A DNA stretch of 63,782 bases, counting the filler, from Octopus bimaculoides (Eukaryota): the NCBI RefSeq assembly GCF_001194135.2. It is 7 parts of 6 records of this genome, joined end to end, with 100 filler letters (N's around TTAATTAATTAA, not from the genome) between each part and the next. Parts side by side here need not be neighbours in the genome. Positions count along the whole stretch, not along the records: positions 1 to 19,114 come from NC_068982.1; 6 more parts are not named here. The stretch is one strand, 5' to 3'. The first letter of the stretch is position 1. Every line of letters begins with the position of its first letter. The notes below the pieces were generated by a model. That model was not told the origin of the DNA, did no database searches, and worked only from the letters and a program-made list of their open reading frames with translations. Shown piece by piece: positions 1-12,880 of this stretch. Made by a program: the position numbers and the translations under genes.

Positions 1-2757
1 AGAGCTGAAATGAACTTTTAAAAAGTACTGAATTGATAAAGAAAACAAACTGCAATTTTACTCATAATTAATTTAAATATGTAAAACAAAACTATATAAG
101 CTTTAACTAAAAGATTTGAAATTTCTCATTTATCCTATAACTAATGAAAATAACAATGATGGATTTTGTTGCTGAAGCTGGTTGGAAACTGGTCATATAA
201 TTTCTTTGATTTAATTCCTTATGACAACACCTTCCTTACTATAGTAAAAGTAGAGATGCTCTTATGCAAAATCTCTAGAAGATAGGTTCATTGCCAACCA
301 CAGATTATTTTAAACCCTACAATATTGAAGTAATGTTGTAGCTGTTTATTCCATTCTTAGGGTGTGTTCAAAGAGTAGCCAGTGAGTTTCCACAATCTCA
401 AAGATCAATTTTCAGAAGCTTCACAATTGGTGACTGACTACTGAAGCAGAGGCAGAGCAGCTTGTAGTGGAAAAAAAAATTCATTTCATTCTCTATGTTC
501 TACACTGTAAAGCTGCACAGGTCATATGAACTTTCACACATTAAGCAACATCTGAGCCATAGAAATAACATATTTGAAAGCAGCTGGTGCCAATATTTTT
601 CTCTACACTTTTTATACAGCATGGCAAGGACAAATGTTTTGGATTGCTTCCATGTTTCACCGAAGCTTTCAATTTCTTGGCTAGTTATAAGAAATGCTAT
701 ATTCTCAGTTTGCATGAGAGGATAATTCTGCTGCTGAAGGACCATCTCTTTGCATGCCTGTCAAGACTGCTGTTTGAATCTCTGCACCCTAGGGCTTGCA
801 ATACTGTACAGGATATTCTATGAAAAGAACAACTGAAAGATTAATTTTATGGCATTGTGGCATTTCAACTTCCATAAAACAAGGGTCCAATGAGATTTTT
901 CCCATCAGCACATTTAGTTGTTGGGGTTTTACCAGATATACTCTAAGTGTAGTTTTAATAGTTTAAAGTAGATTGTCATAGCAGATCACATTAAATGTTT
1001 GATACACATTAATACTGAAGATACTGAAAACATTGTATCACAGACACTTAAACACTCCAAGTGCATCCCTCACAACACCAGCAGCAAAGGTACAATGGGT
1101 TATGAAAATATCTTACATAGAATAAACATTGAAAATAAGAGGTAATTATTCAGACTCCCTAAAACAAAATTGGAACAGTCAAGAGTTTATCACAACTATT
1201 TCAATTTCTCTCCTTCTAAATTAATGATTAGTAAAAGAATAAAGACTTTGTAGTAAGAACTATTAATGGATATCAGCTGAGTGTACAGTTTACTGCTTAA
1301 GTACAAATAAAAACTGATTATACCATCCAATGAGTTGACTATCTTAAAAATGTGTTGAAATTTTTAAGTGAAAAGATGATAAAACTTCCCTAAGCAATTC
1401 ACTTAAGATAGAATTGATGCTTTCATAGCTCATCAAATAACTGGCTGTTATATCTCAAGATTTTAGGCCAATCCACTAATAGCAATTACATTTGATGAGT
1501 GACATTATTTTGTGTTGTAAAATATAGCAACATATCACTTGGAAGGATTCTTAGATATCTTTGTATAGCTGTTATGATTCTATTTAATGAAGAAAACATT
1601 AAGGATTAATTGCTCTTTCTTAATCTCTAAAAGTTAACTGAAGGAATAAAAAACAGAAAAAATTACAAAACTGCAAGTGAATGCTTGAATGTCTACAGCT
1701 AATTCCGTGAACTGCAACATGTTTCTGATTTGGATGAAACACATGTAGAACACTTTAATTCCACATTTCCTACAAGACATTACACAGGCAAACCAAACAA
1801 AATACTCTAAAAGAAAATTAGCATCCAAGAAATTCTGTATGAACTAAAAAAACACCGAACTGTGTTAGAAAAATATATTTGCCATTTTAAAATTATTCAA
1901 TCCAACCTATTTTTGATATCTAATTAGTTTAATTGCTTCTCTACACTGATCACAAGGCCAAAAGTTCAAAACTTATTACAGTCACTGCATTGCATCATTG
2001 GCCAACAATATTTTGTCTGAATGTCAAAATACATTCCATTGTTATTCCATGTTGAGTAGTAAATGAAGGACCATTAGGCCAAAAAAAAAAAAAAAACTAA
2101 AAACATTCTACTCATTCAAATATAGATGAAACATTTATATAAAAGTAAAATCTATGAAAATAGGGACATGTATTTTAAGTAATTCCAAGTGTGTGTCTGT
2201 GTGTGTGTTGAAATTTACAACCTGAGCCTGGTGTAGCCACCTGGTCCATCAGTCCTCAGTCAAATCGTCCAACCCATGCTAGCATGGAAAGCAGACGTTA
2301 AACTGATTTTTTATAGCTTCCATAAAAGTATTCTCTTTAAAGTGTTTATTTCAACTGAAACTAACTAATGTTATAATTTCTTTCCTTTGCTAATTAATAT
2401 CTTGCAAATAATTAAATACAGCTTTTCTTACAAATAGATACTACCAGCTACAAGGAGTTTTTTTTAGTTTCAAAGTTGCCTAAATTTGGTTTATAAACAA
2501 AATCATTTTGCTATGTTATGGGTTTTTTTTTTTGTTTTTTTTTTGGTTCTAACTAATTGGTAACAATTTACATTCAAAACAATTATAATGCAGAGTAACT
2601 ATGACCATTTCTAACACTGTCTTCTTAACAATATTTATCTTTCTCTTCAATATATAATGAGAATTAATTCTAGACTTCTACACAATAATACAATAAATTT
2701 GACATTTCAAGAAATAGTGATCATCTTTTACAGTGACTTTATGCTTTCACAGCTCAC

Positions 2758-2778
2758 CAGTTTGATTTCATTAATGTC
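2758..2778 (-). CDS. Candidate 21-nt microexon
   Basis: Long T tract ...TTTTTAAATTGCCAG|GACATTAATGAAATCAAACTG|GTGAGC; DINEIKL in phase 0. Confidence 0.3.
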
Positions 2779-4134
2779 CTGGCAATTTAAAAACAAAAAA
2801 AAACAAAAAAACATTTAGAGATAGGTTTACGTATGATAGTTTTAGAATATAGGAACAACTACTGAAGACTAGTCAACAGGACTGCAATAAAATTCTGAAA
2901 TTTAAATAAGACATTAATGGCTGACAGTTTAACACCTACAAAAATTGAGTAAAGATTTTGTCTAATAAATTTAGCATTATACTGAAATGCAAATCAAAAT
3001 TCTATAGATGTTAGCTTTAGACTGGCATTTCCTTCTCTAAGCTTTATGATCTCCTTCTGTCTTACAGAAGCAGAGACTAGAGGTTCAATATCAATATTTC
3101 TGAAGCAGTAGTTTCAAATATCTAAAGATCGAAAGACAAAAGTTCTTTCCTTTATATTAACTCTTAGTATAATAGTTCAAAGTCAAAACAAATATAAACA
3201 ACTTGCTCTTTTTTTTTAACATCAACCCAACAATGGTTCATGGGTTTAATGCTTTCCCTTAGTCAAGACTCTTAAAATGTTTAATGTAGGAAGGATTCTT
3301 TTATATATTAGCTAAAACTCTTAAATGTTAATAAAATACACAACCATACACAACATAGCATTATCATCAAATAATAAGAAAAGTTTGATCACTATCTACT
3401 AACTGATATCATAAGAATGTATTCCTCTAACAAGCATCAACAAAATTGTTAGAAGCATTTTTGATTTCAGTGATATAATAAAGCTTAGAGGACATGCTAC
3501 AGCGACAAACATGAATTAGAATGTAAATTACCACAAAACCTATTAAAGAATTGTTAAGATTTTTCATTGTAAGATGCACAAGATATTCAGTGAAAAACTA
3601 AGACTGTTTATACACATTTTGATTCCAATCAACAGTTATCTTGTCTTTTTGGTTTTATATGAAAATATGGTAATCAATAGAAACAGTAAGAAGGATTCTT
3701 TTGTATATTACTTGTGGTAGGTAACTGAATTGCACAGATTATTAATAAGAATTTTACTGCATAGAGTAGCATTATATGTCTGCTTGGAGTGGCCAAAAAG
3801 TATGGCCATCTATATGATGTTGAATATTGCTGTATTCCTTAATGTTATTAAAATAAGAAACACTTAAGAAACCAACATTAAAGCGAACCAATATCATAAT
3901 TATGAACTTCAAGTGTTAAGATTTATGTATTCAAGGGAGATTATTAGCATAAGTTTTGGAGCTGCATACAACACAGCTCTGTAGCATCTCTTATATCACC
4001 AACCCAGTTATCTTTCAGTCAATCCAGTTTGTTAGCGCTCTTTTAAATGTCAAAGTTTCCTCAATTTTTAATTCTTTCATGAAATCATTTTGAAAATATT
4101 GTAGCCACTAGTGCACAATTAATCCAGCATATGT

Positions 4135-4510
4135 GGTGCAGCTGTGCGGTTAAGAAGCTTGTTTCTCAACCACAATGTCAGGTTCAGACCCACAGCATGG
4201 TACCTTGGGCTCAAGTCTAATCAAAGCTTTGTAGGTAAACTTGGTAGATGGAAACTGAAAGAAATGCATTGTGTGTGTGTATTAGTGTCTTTTTGTCTTT
4301 GACATCACATGATAGTTGTAAACAAGTGTCACCATCATACAAACAGTATCCTTTATATCCAATCTTCTGTGAAAATATGTCAAATCATAGGGAAATAGGC
4401 ATACTTGGAAACAGGTGAGAGGAAGGGCATCCAGCCACAGAAAATCTCTCAACAAATTCTGTCCAATCCATGCAAGCATGGAAAAGTGAACGTTGAAATG
4501 ATGATGATGA
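4135..4510 (+). mobile_element. tRNA-derived SINE (CORE-like head, RTE-type GAT tail)
   Basis: GGTGCAGCTGTGCGGTTAAG..GGTTCAGACCC..CCTTGGGC head; ends AAGGGCATCCAGC...CCATGCAAGCATGGAAAAGTGAACGTTGAAATGATGATGATGA. Confidence 0.75.
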
Positions 4511-4789
4511 CAATATTGCATAGACTAGCTGAAAGGGAATTCAAGGGAGCAGTTCATATGTCATGTTAGAAACATTTAAAAAAAAAAAACTACATTATCA
4601 GTTTCACATTTTCAGCTTTTAACAACTTTAGAAATTTGAATAATAAAATAAAATCAACTATATCTGAACTCAGAGACCAAATTTCAATGCTGTAAGTTTC
4701 AATACCAGCTTTGAATAGTAGACACACTAGTCAAAGCTGATATTAAAACTTGCAGTGCACATACACATGCACATTCATTCACAAATACA

Positions 4790-5170
4790 TACTACAAAGC
4801 TCAAATGAAACCCACATTAGAATGCTGCTCCCAAATCTGGAACAGTGCTACTGCTACACACACATTCTGGACCACATCCACAGGACACTTGATTGACTGA
4901 CATAAAATAACTAGTAGACATGCTCCAATCTCTGGTTCACAGACATACAGTTACCTCTATTTCTACTATAATGACATCTCTTCCTCAGAGCTGGCTAGTT
5001 TTGTAACTCCTTCACTCAGGTACCTCTGAACACACTTTGGACTCTTGTTGCTTCCAACCCCTTGGCCTTACATAAACCCAGAACTTCATCACTCTAGAAT
5101 ATTATCCTTCCTCTGTTATTTCCTGTAGATATTGACCTACAACTGTTTGAACAGATCAATAACAGCACCG
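4790..5170 (+). mobile_element. Degraded CR1-like LINE, 3' end of RT ORF
   Basis: Pieces translate YKAQMKPTLECCSQIWNSATATH, SYLYFYYNDISSSELASFVTPSLRY and PRTSSL*N..FPVDIDLQLFEQIN, all characteristic of CR1-group C-termini. Confidence 0.7.
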
Positions 5171-5679
5171 AGGTTATCACTCTCAGAAGATCTGCAAAGA
5201 TCAAGGGAGCTGCCCTTTTCACCACATTCAGCAAGTATAAAAACAACCTGAAAAATTCCTACAACATAAACCCACCATACACTTTAAGGTTATTTTCTAT
5301 TTATAAATATCAGCTGTATTAGCTTTAAAATTTGAAGATAACAAAATCACTAATCCAAAAAATTTCATGATGCCAAAACAGTATATATACCTTAATCAGT
5401 ATAAAAATACATATCCCATCTTTGTATGCTTCCATAAGTGTAAAGCATATCCTCAGGACCAGTGCTTAATTCTGGTTTCAAAGTATTAAATTAATGGGAG
5501 ATAAATCTCCTAAGTATAAAATGCCAGTCTATTGCAAAAAGCTCCTGTAAATTACCAAGAGCTAAATTAAGTGATCAATATCAAATTAAAGGTAGTATCT
5601 AAATGAACAACAAAATCATGGAGTAGAATAACACAAAATGATCTCAAGACCTGAGATTTAACAGTCTATTACCATATCC

Positions 5680-6590
5680 ACCCAAGGCCTCACTACCACA
5701 TCAGATCATTCACTCATTCACTATTATTTCACTTCAAATAAAAGAGGAAGAAAATATGCTGAGATTCTGTAGTAAGTATATAAAAATTCTAGGATGCAAA
5801 TAATATTGCATTACTGATTCCAATTAGTTGAACTGAAAATGAACTGAAATTCTAACAGAGCAACTTCTATTAAGTATCTCCTATCTACATAATGATTGTT
5901 GAAAAGGCAGAAAGACAAAAAATTTGAGGAAACAATATATATGCGAAACCATATCTAAAATATACAAAGTGAAATAGATAGAATTAAATTTATCATTTCC
6001 CACTCACACTAAACAACATGCAATTACCTCAGGGCTTCTACAAATGTTTGGCTACACTCCCACAGAGGATCACACTTGGTGAATGTGCATCTTAAACATA
6101 AAGATTTCATGTAGGCCAGAGAAATGTTTTGGCCCTAACTACTATTGACCTTCCTAAAATTCAAGTGAGATCCACAATAGAGTACTGCTCTCACATCTAG
6201 GACAGTGCTACACCTACAGATACAGGACATCCTAGATTGAATTTTAAAAAAAAGAAGCAGGAAGTCATTCAGCAATCATTCCAATATCTAACCAATGTCT
6301 TTCTCTCTACCTTTTCTGCTGCTGCTGCTGCTGCTACAGTGACCTTGCTGGTATTCTTCACATGTCTCACTTCTTTTTATTATCTATAATGACACCCCCA
6401 TCACAAACACACACACCACGACACCCAGTCTTTCCTCCCTAGCTGTCAGTTCTCTAGTGTCCTCCTGGCCCAAGTTTTTCCTGCAACCACTGACTTACAA
6501 CTATTCAAGAGGAGCGTTAATGTCTATTTCACCAATATTGAAGAGCCTGCAAAGGCAATGGGTATGGCCCCCTTCCACCAGACCATCATC
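5680..6590 (+). mobile_element. Second degraded CR1-like LINE copy, heavily deleted
   Basis: LLLTF..QVRSTIEYCSHI*DSATPT at ~6130-6230 and FPATTDLQLFKRSVN at ~6475-6520. A possible endonuclease SDHSLI motif lies at ~5700. Confidence 0.55.
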
Positions 6591-7311
6591 ATCATCATTT
6601 AACGTCAGCTTAATTTCAAAAAATTTAAAAGAAAGACCCTTGATATTTTAACACTGCAGGGAAAACATATAACGGCTTGAATACAACTCAATGCATGACT
6701 GCTACCTCTTTTCCCAATATGAAAGACAGAGACAGCAAATTTAATTTTTGTAGAATTCAAAAATATTTTCTTTGGCAGTGGCAGAAATGACACTGCAATG
6801 TTTTTTAAAATAAAAAAAAATAAAATAAAATAAAATCATGAAAATCTAATTTCAGAAAACACTGTTCAGAAGCATTGTTTGATCCTACAAACACTGCTAG
6901 ATATTTGTTAATGCAAGATCCTACAATAACTAGAAAAATTTAAAATGCACCAACATCCTAGGTAAAATGTGTGAATGCAGCAGACCTCACAATTGGAGAG
7001 GTGCAGTTTATTATGAACTGAAGTGTACATGTATTTTGCACATACATCTTCAATAGCAAATGTGTTCTTTATTTCAAATGATAAGAGCATTTGAAGGAGG
7101 GAATCTATCTTAAAGCATTAAGTCTAAAGATTTATTTTACTATGCAACTAGGTTTCACTCACAACAGGTTTTGTTTTAGTTCAAATATTTCTAATATATT
7201 TCCACAGCAACAAATGCATTATTAGGTATGTACTTAGCTAAGTTATATAGTTATGCCCTCTCACATGGACAGTTTATAATGAAAGTTTAGAATTAAATGG
7301 AAATTGTAGTT

Positions 7312-7683
7312 GAGGCTGATGCCAGTGCTGCCTGACTGGCTCCTGTGCTGATGGCACGCAATAAGCATCATGCATGCGTGGGTCATTGCCAGTGCCACCT
7401 GACTGGCTCCCTGTACTGGTGGTACGTAAAAAGCACCATCCAAACCTGGTCAAAGTTACCCCCCACCCCCCGGACTGGCTCCTGTGCCAGTAGCACATAA
7501 AAAGCACCATCTGAACATGGCCGATACCAGTGCTGCCTGACTGACTCCCATGGCACCCAGTTGTAGAAACACCGCTAGATCAGATTGGAGCCTTGTGCGA
7601 CCTTCTGGCTTGCCAGTCTCCAGTCAAACCATCCAACCCATGCCAGCATGGAAAACGGACGTATGATGACGATGATGATGATG
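7312..7683 (+). mobile_element. RTE-3'UTR-type retroposon fragment with four ~67-bp internal tandem units
   Basis: GCCAGTGC..CTGACTGGCTCC..AAAAGCACCATC units at ~7321, 7388, 7471 and 7526; tail CCAACCCATGCCAGCATGGAAAACGGACGT(GAT)n. Shorter tails of the same family at 2222-2305, 15438-15532, 18690-18860 and 23222-23324. Confidence 0.8.
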
Positions 7684-8083
7684 TATCAAATTTATTAATT
7701 TTACTTAAAAAGAAAACAATGACAAGTAATCTAATTTTTAAATTTTGTTCTAAAGAATTAAATAAATAAAATTGTTTTACTAATTTAACATAGCAATGTA
7801 ACAAAGGTGTTATTTTTACCTACATTATTATTAATCCACAGATTTCATGAAACAAAATGTCATAGCATTTTGCTTGAAAATAAATAAAAAAATAATACTC
7901 AGATAAAATTAAACACAAATATAACAAAAAGTAAGCAAACTTATATGAAACCCAAATGTTTGTGCACAATGCTAAGATAACAGAATGATCAGACCTTTTA
8001 ATAATTGGTAACACTGAAGTAAGACAGTGTTTCAGCATTGAACTGGTATACTTGTGGAATGTGCTGCCCTAAGTAATACCTAC

Positions 8084-8206
8084 CTCGCTGAAGATTAACA
8101 TTCATTGCTACAGAGCGAAGGACAGAGCTGGCGGAATTGACCAGAGTCGAGTCATGGGCGGAAGGAGGAGACTGCTCAGGTAAACCTGTAGTCTTGTTGT
8201 TCCCAG
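8084..8206 (-). CDS. Candidate internal exon (123 nt, phase 1-1) of an unidentified minus-strand gene
   Basis: Acceptor TTCCGCCTCTTTTCACTGCTTACAG|, donor GAG|GTAGGT. Only one frame is open: GNNKTTGLPEQSPPSAHDSTLVNSASSVLRSVAMNVNLQR. Non-repetitive, GC-richer island. Confidence 0.5.
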
Positions 8207-9129
8207 CTGTAAGCAGTGAAAAGAGGCGGAATGAGAAAATTAATGCTACTCAGATCACTGGCTGGACTGAATAAGGGATGGACTTTGGGTACACAGCTCG
8301 TAATTTGAAGGGATCAACTGGCAGCAGAGGGAATTAGCCAAATCATGTAAAATGTTACAAAGAAAATCCATTGTCAAGATGGCTATATAAATATATCCAA
8401 ATGAGATAATTACTTTCACTTAGTCTAGCCACAAGACCAACAAAAAGAGTAAGAAAATTTTTCTTAAAAATTGCAAGTCAGTTGCAGCATAGAACTGTCT
8501 TAAAATATTAAGAATGAGAAAGAGAAAATAACTATATTAGTACTGCTTGGGGTAACAGAAAAGAAATATTTAATAGGTAAGCAGAATACTCTAAATCCTT
8601 GATTAAATTGGTCAGTAGCAATAAAAGAAATAAAAAAATTTTTAAAAAAAGAGGAAAAGAAAATCAGATCACATTCAGAATACACACATACACAAGATTG
8701 GAAAATTACAACTTTCAAATGATATATTTAATCAGATTATCAAAACAAAGCAGTTGTGAGTGTGTTTGGCTCTATAATCAAGAAACAATCATTTCTGAGA
8801 TTTGTAATCATGTCCAAAAATTGCTGAATAGAGCAATATACTGAAAACTGAGATAATTTAGTTAGAAATTCTTAAGAGAGTTTATAGCTAAGAAATGAAT
8901 GTAAATAGAGCACAAGTGGTTAAATAGTTATGGAATTAGCATTCAAAAAACATAAATTAGTTGGCACAGCAACTGACCAAAAACAATGCAGGTTTAAAGT
9001 AATTCACAGGAGGGATTAGAGCAAGCAATTAAGATGCATTATGCACAAACATTTCTGGAAGTGACACCATTAAATAAACAAAACAGAAAAATAAGCTTTT
9101 TCATGAGTAAAATATATAACAGCAACAAC

Positions 9130-9775
9130 AATAATAATAATAACGGTTTCAAATTTTGGTACAAGGCTAGCAATTTTGGGGGAGGGAGTAAGTTGATTAC
9201 ATCAGCCCCAGTGCTTAATTGGTACTTATTTTATTGACCCCAAAAGGATAAAAGCAAAGTCATCCTTAGCAGAATTTGAACAAAGACAAGTGAAATGCTA
9301 AGCATTTTGCCCAGCATGTTAACAACTCTGCCAGTTCACTGCCATAATAATAGATTTTAACAAAATAACAATTGCTAAAACAGGTAAAATATCACAGATT
9401 TTGTGGGAGGGGTGAGTATTTGGTTGGTACTTTTATTTTAAAGACCTTGGAAGGATGAAAGGTAAAGTTGACCTCAGTGGGATTTGAACTCAAAATATAA
9501 GCAGAAGGCCAGAAAGTTTGGATGAAGGAAATAGGTCAAATACACTGATCCCAGAACTTGACAGGTACTCTATTTTATCACCCATCACCACCACCACCAC
9601 CCCAGAAGGATGAAAGGCAAAGTTGACATCAGTGGGAGAGCCAAAAAAATAATTTCTTAAACATAAGGCCAAAAATTTTGGAGGAAAGTATAGTGTGACC
9701 CCAGTCATGTACCGGGGTCACACTATACCAGGAAGGATAAAAAGGAAAGTCTATCCTAGTGAAATTTATCACAGA
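9130..9775 (-). mobile_element. Cluster of four fragmentary SINEs (GCCTTTCATCCTT..GGGGTCGATAAAATAAGTACC family)
   Basis: Repeated reverse complements of the central domain (GGTACTTATTTTATTGACCCC..GGATGAAAGG..AAAGTTGACC..GAATTTGAAC), with (AAT)n at the 3' side. Confidence 0.8.
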
Positions 9776-9949
9776 ATATTACAGAAATGTAGCTAAATTT
9801 GGTTTATGAAGAAATAATCCTTTATTCCTGAATATGTGAACATGAATATATGAGAGAATGACAAGTAACTGCAAAATAGACGCAAAATTTTTGTATGCAG
9901 AGAGGTGCAGGCACAGCTGTGTGGTTAAAAAGTTTACTCTATAACAACA

Positions 9950-10230
9950 GGAAAGAACCTTCTACTCGGGTTGGCTTGTGATCCCAAGGATACCCACGTC
10001 TTTCTGGCTGATTTAAAACTATCATAGTAAATTCTTCCACCATCAAGACCAAGCTTGCAAGAAAACATAATGTGAGTAAGAGGACAATAGTTAGGACCAT
10101 TAAAAAAATACTTAAGCATGAAGTCCATATTTTCAGAGACATCAAAGCATTCTCACAACTTGTTCTAAAGCTATTAAATTTAAGAGAGCCTCAAAGCTCC
10201 TCAACTACTTGGAGCATATGCAAAGGGAAG
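9950..10230 (+). mobile_element. Tc1/mariner-type transposase remnant (HTH region)
   Basis: IIVNSSTIKTKLARKHNVSKRTIVRTIKKILKHEVHIFR, frameshift, RHQSILTTCSKAIKFKRASKLLNYLEH. Resembles the second HTH and linker upstream of the DDD domain of mariner/maT-like transposases. Confidence 0.5.
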
Positions 10231-10759
10231 TGGAAAGTCAACCAAGTTACATGGTTATAAAACATTCAGTCCATCATTATAGACAAGACCAAGAGGACAT
10301 GCTCAGACTTCCCCATCTGTATTTAATGATGATGGACATACTGAGTGATATCTTTCCTTATGCTATGTCAAAGTTTCATGCTTCTACCTTTTTATTTGCA
10401 AGCTTTGAAATATCTCAACACAAACAGTCTCAATTTAGTCACCCAACCTTGTATGTGTGTGTATGTATTTATGTTTACGTCAATTTAAAAATCTGTTTTG
10501 TTTGTTTTTATGTACTTGTTAAGATCCACAATCTCATGGTTCAACAAACAGGGTTCAATCTGGTCAACTAAAACTGCTGTGCCAGTGGTGTCCCAACATG
10601 GCTGCAGTTCAATGACTGAAACCATTCAAATAATATAAAATTACATTTTAAGTACTGGATTACAGATCCAACATTAACCACTAATGAAAACCCATTCTTT
10701 TGTGTGGTGTCAAAAACAAGGAAAAACTCTGTCTGTCTCTATCACACACACATACACAC

Positions 10760-10915
10760 TTCTCTCAGCTTCCATCTACCAAATCTACTCACAAGAATTT
10801 GGATGATCCAGGGCTATGGCATAAAACATTTGCAGAAAGTGCCTTGCAATGGAATTGAACCCATAACCATGCAATTGGGAAGTCAACTTCTTAACCACAC
10901 AGCCATGCCTGCACC
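10760..10915 (-). mobile_element. tRNA-derived SINE head
   Basis: Reverse complement GGTGCAGGCATGGCTGTGTGGTTAAG..GGTTCAATTCCATTGCAAGGCAC. Confidence 0.75.
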
Positions 10916-11289
10916 AGTAACATATAACACTATCCACTTTCAGTCTATCAATATATAAAATTCTCTCTCCACCCATCTCTTTCAGGCCATGACTTTTTTA
11001 ATGAAATGTCAAGTTTGATGTAATCAATACTTTTTTATTTAAAAAAAACCCCAACTAATAAGGTCTTGTAAGGTCAAATGAAATTGAAAAAGCTGAATCA
11101 AGTTCACACCCTAAAGATTTTGAATATAAATATTTTTCCTTATGGGCACACCACATATACAAAGTAAGTGTTGGGTCAAGCTACAAGGTTACCAAGAAGA
11201 CTATAGTGAGTTTAAACTATATTACCACAGCTGTTATGCTCCTAAGAATACTTTCTCTAGTTTTCCTGACCAACAGAAGCAAGTACACC

Positions 11290-11560
11290 TCATTGTTGAC
11301 TTGTTTGCAACAGGAAAGACTTCCAACTAAACAAACCCGTGAAAGTGGCTCTATGTAGTCACTTGACCTACTAAAAATAGCAGCTAAATTTCCGTTAAAG
11401 CCTACCCTAACATCTTTCAAAAAAAAAAGAAGAAAAAAACACATTGCATATGATTATAAGTACACTTACACTGAAAAAATAGATCATGATGGTCATGGTT
11501 GGAACACCTTTAATCATAAGCCTGCTAAAACAGTACTTACTAGGACTAAACAAAAAAACA
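11290..11560 (+). mobile_element. Interspersed repeat (GACCT.CTAGAAATAGCAGCCAAATCTCCCTCAAATC family)
   Basis: Motif recurs at ~14800-14860, 42000-42030, 49570-49735, 52640-52680 and reversed at ~60040-60200. Confidence 0.55.
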
Positions 11561-11789
11561 TCTAATTATAAAAATAATTGGTTTAACAAAATAAAAATAC
11601 CCCATATAAACAGGAAAAATAAGATAGTAATTCTCATTTAATCAGCAGAAGTAAAAAAATTTTAAAAAGCTATTGGAACATTGTTAACAATATGTGATAG
11701 ATGAGCAAAAAATAGTATGAAGCATATAAAATTGTTTGACTGAAAGATATATATCAATATGTAGTATAGCAGTTGCAGTTCTTAAATGT

Positions 11790-11960
11790 CTACAGAAGCT
11801 GCATTTTTAAAATTAGTTCTTCAATATGTATTCCACAGAACACTTTACCAATTATTTCCCCATTCTTGATAGTACAAAGATCATCAATGAATTGGAATAC
11901 ACAACTTTTAACAAGTAAGTATGAACAGCCTTTTGTAGATCACAAAAGATCTACAAAGAG
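11790..11960 (-). mobile_element. Probable Penelope-like RT remnant
   Basis: Minus frame KSCVFQFIDDLCTIKNGEIIGKVFCGIHIEELILK; FIDDL..I..GE...F..I..EEL.LK pattern of Penelope-like RTs. Short, so uncertain. Confidence 0.4.
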
Positions 11961-12029
11961 CAAACTGCATAAAATATTGGTTGTTTAGCATGTACACTAC
12001 ACTTCGAATTGGTAATAAATAGGTGTTTA

Positions 12030-12699
12030 TCGTCACCTTAACTTCCACTTCTCCATGCTAGCATGGGTCAGATGGACTTCATTGAGGCAGATTTTCTATA
12101 GGGGGATGGCTTTCCTTTTGCCAATTCTCACCAGTTTCTAAGCAAGGTAATATTTTCCCAACAGCCAGACATGTTTCCACAGAAGATTGGAAATGAAGGA
12201 CACAGCATAAAAAATAGTGAAGCTTGTATACAACCATTGTGCAATATTAAGACAAGGAGATACACATGCACATGTATGCATGTGCATGCACACACACACA
12301 TGCAGGCACAACCATGTGGTGAAGAAGTTCACTTTGCAACCACGTGGTTTCAGGTTCAGCCCTACTGCATGGCACCTTGGACAAGTGTCTTCTAATATTT
12401 CAAGGCTATCAATACCTTGTAAGTGAATTTGGTAGATAGAAACTATGGAAGCACACATACGTGTGTGGGTGGGTATGGACACAGGTGTGATTGCATTTGT
12501 CCCTTACCACTTGGCAACTAGTATTGGTTGTTCTCATCTCTGTAATTTAAAGCTGGCAAAAAGAGACAGAATGAGTACCAGACTTAAAAAATTAAACACT
12601 GGCAGCAATTTGCTCAACTACAACTTTTAAGGTAGTGCCCCAGCATGGTCATAGTCCAAAGACTGAAATAAGTAAAAGAATAAAAGAAAAAGGGAGTAT

Positions 12700-12730
<31 letters not shown>

Positions 12731-12880
12731 ACAGATTTCTTGTAGTTTCCTTCAACCATAACTACATTCAAAAGGCTTTGGTCAGTCCAGAGCTATAGTA
12801 GAAGACACTTGCTTATGGTACTGCACAGTGGAACTGAAACCCGAGATCATGTGATTGGGAAGCAAATGACACAGCAATGT
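12030..12880. mobile_element. Nested SINEs: minus-strand SINE (tail 12030-12300, head 12730-12880) interrupted by a plus-strand SINE (12300-12690)
   Basis: Tail, full plus copy (head ... GACTGAAATAAGTAAAAGAATAAAAGA) and reverse head occur in this order around a (CA)n linker. Confidence 0.75.

Noticed and set aside
495-830. Three overlapping 76-81 aa ORFs
   Set aside because: No recognisable motif; the minus frame has an in-frame stop after the best acceptor and only a faint resemblance to RTE RT.
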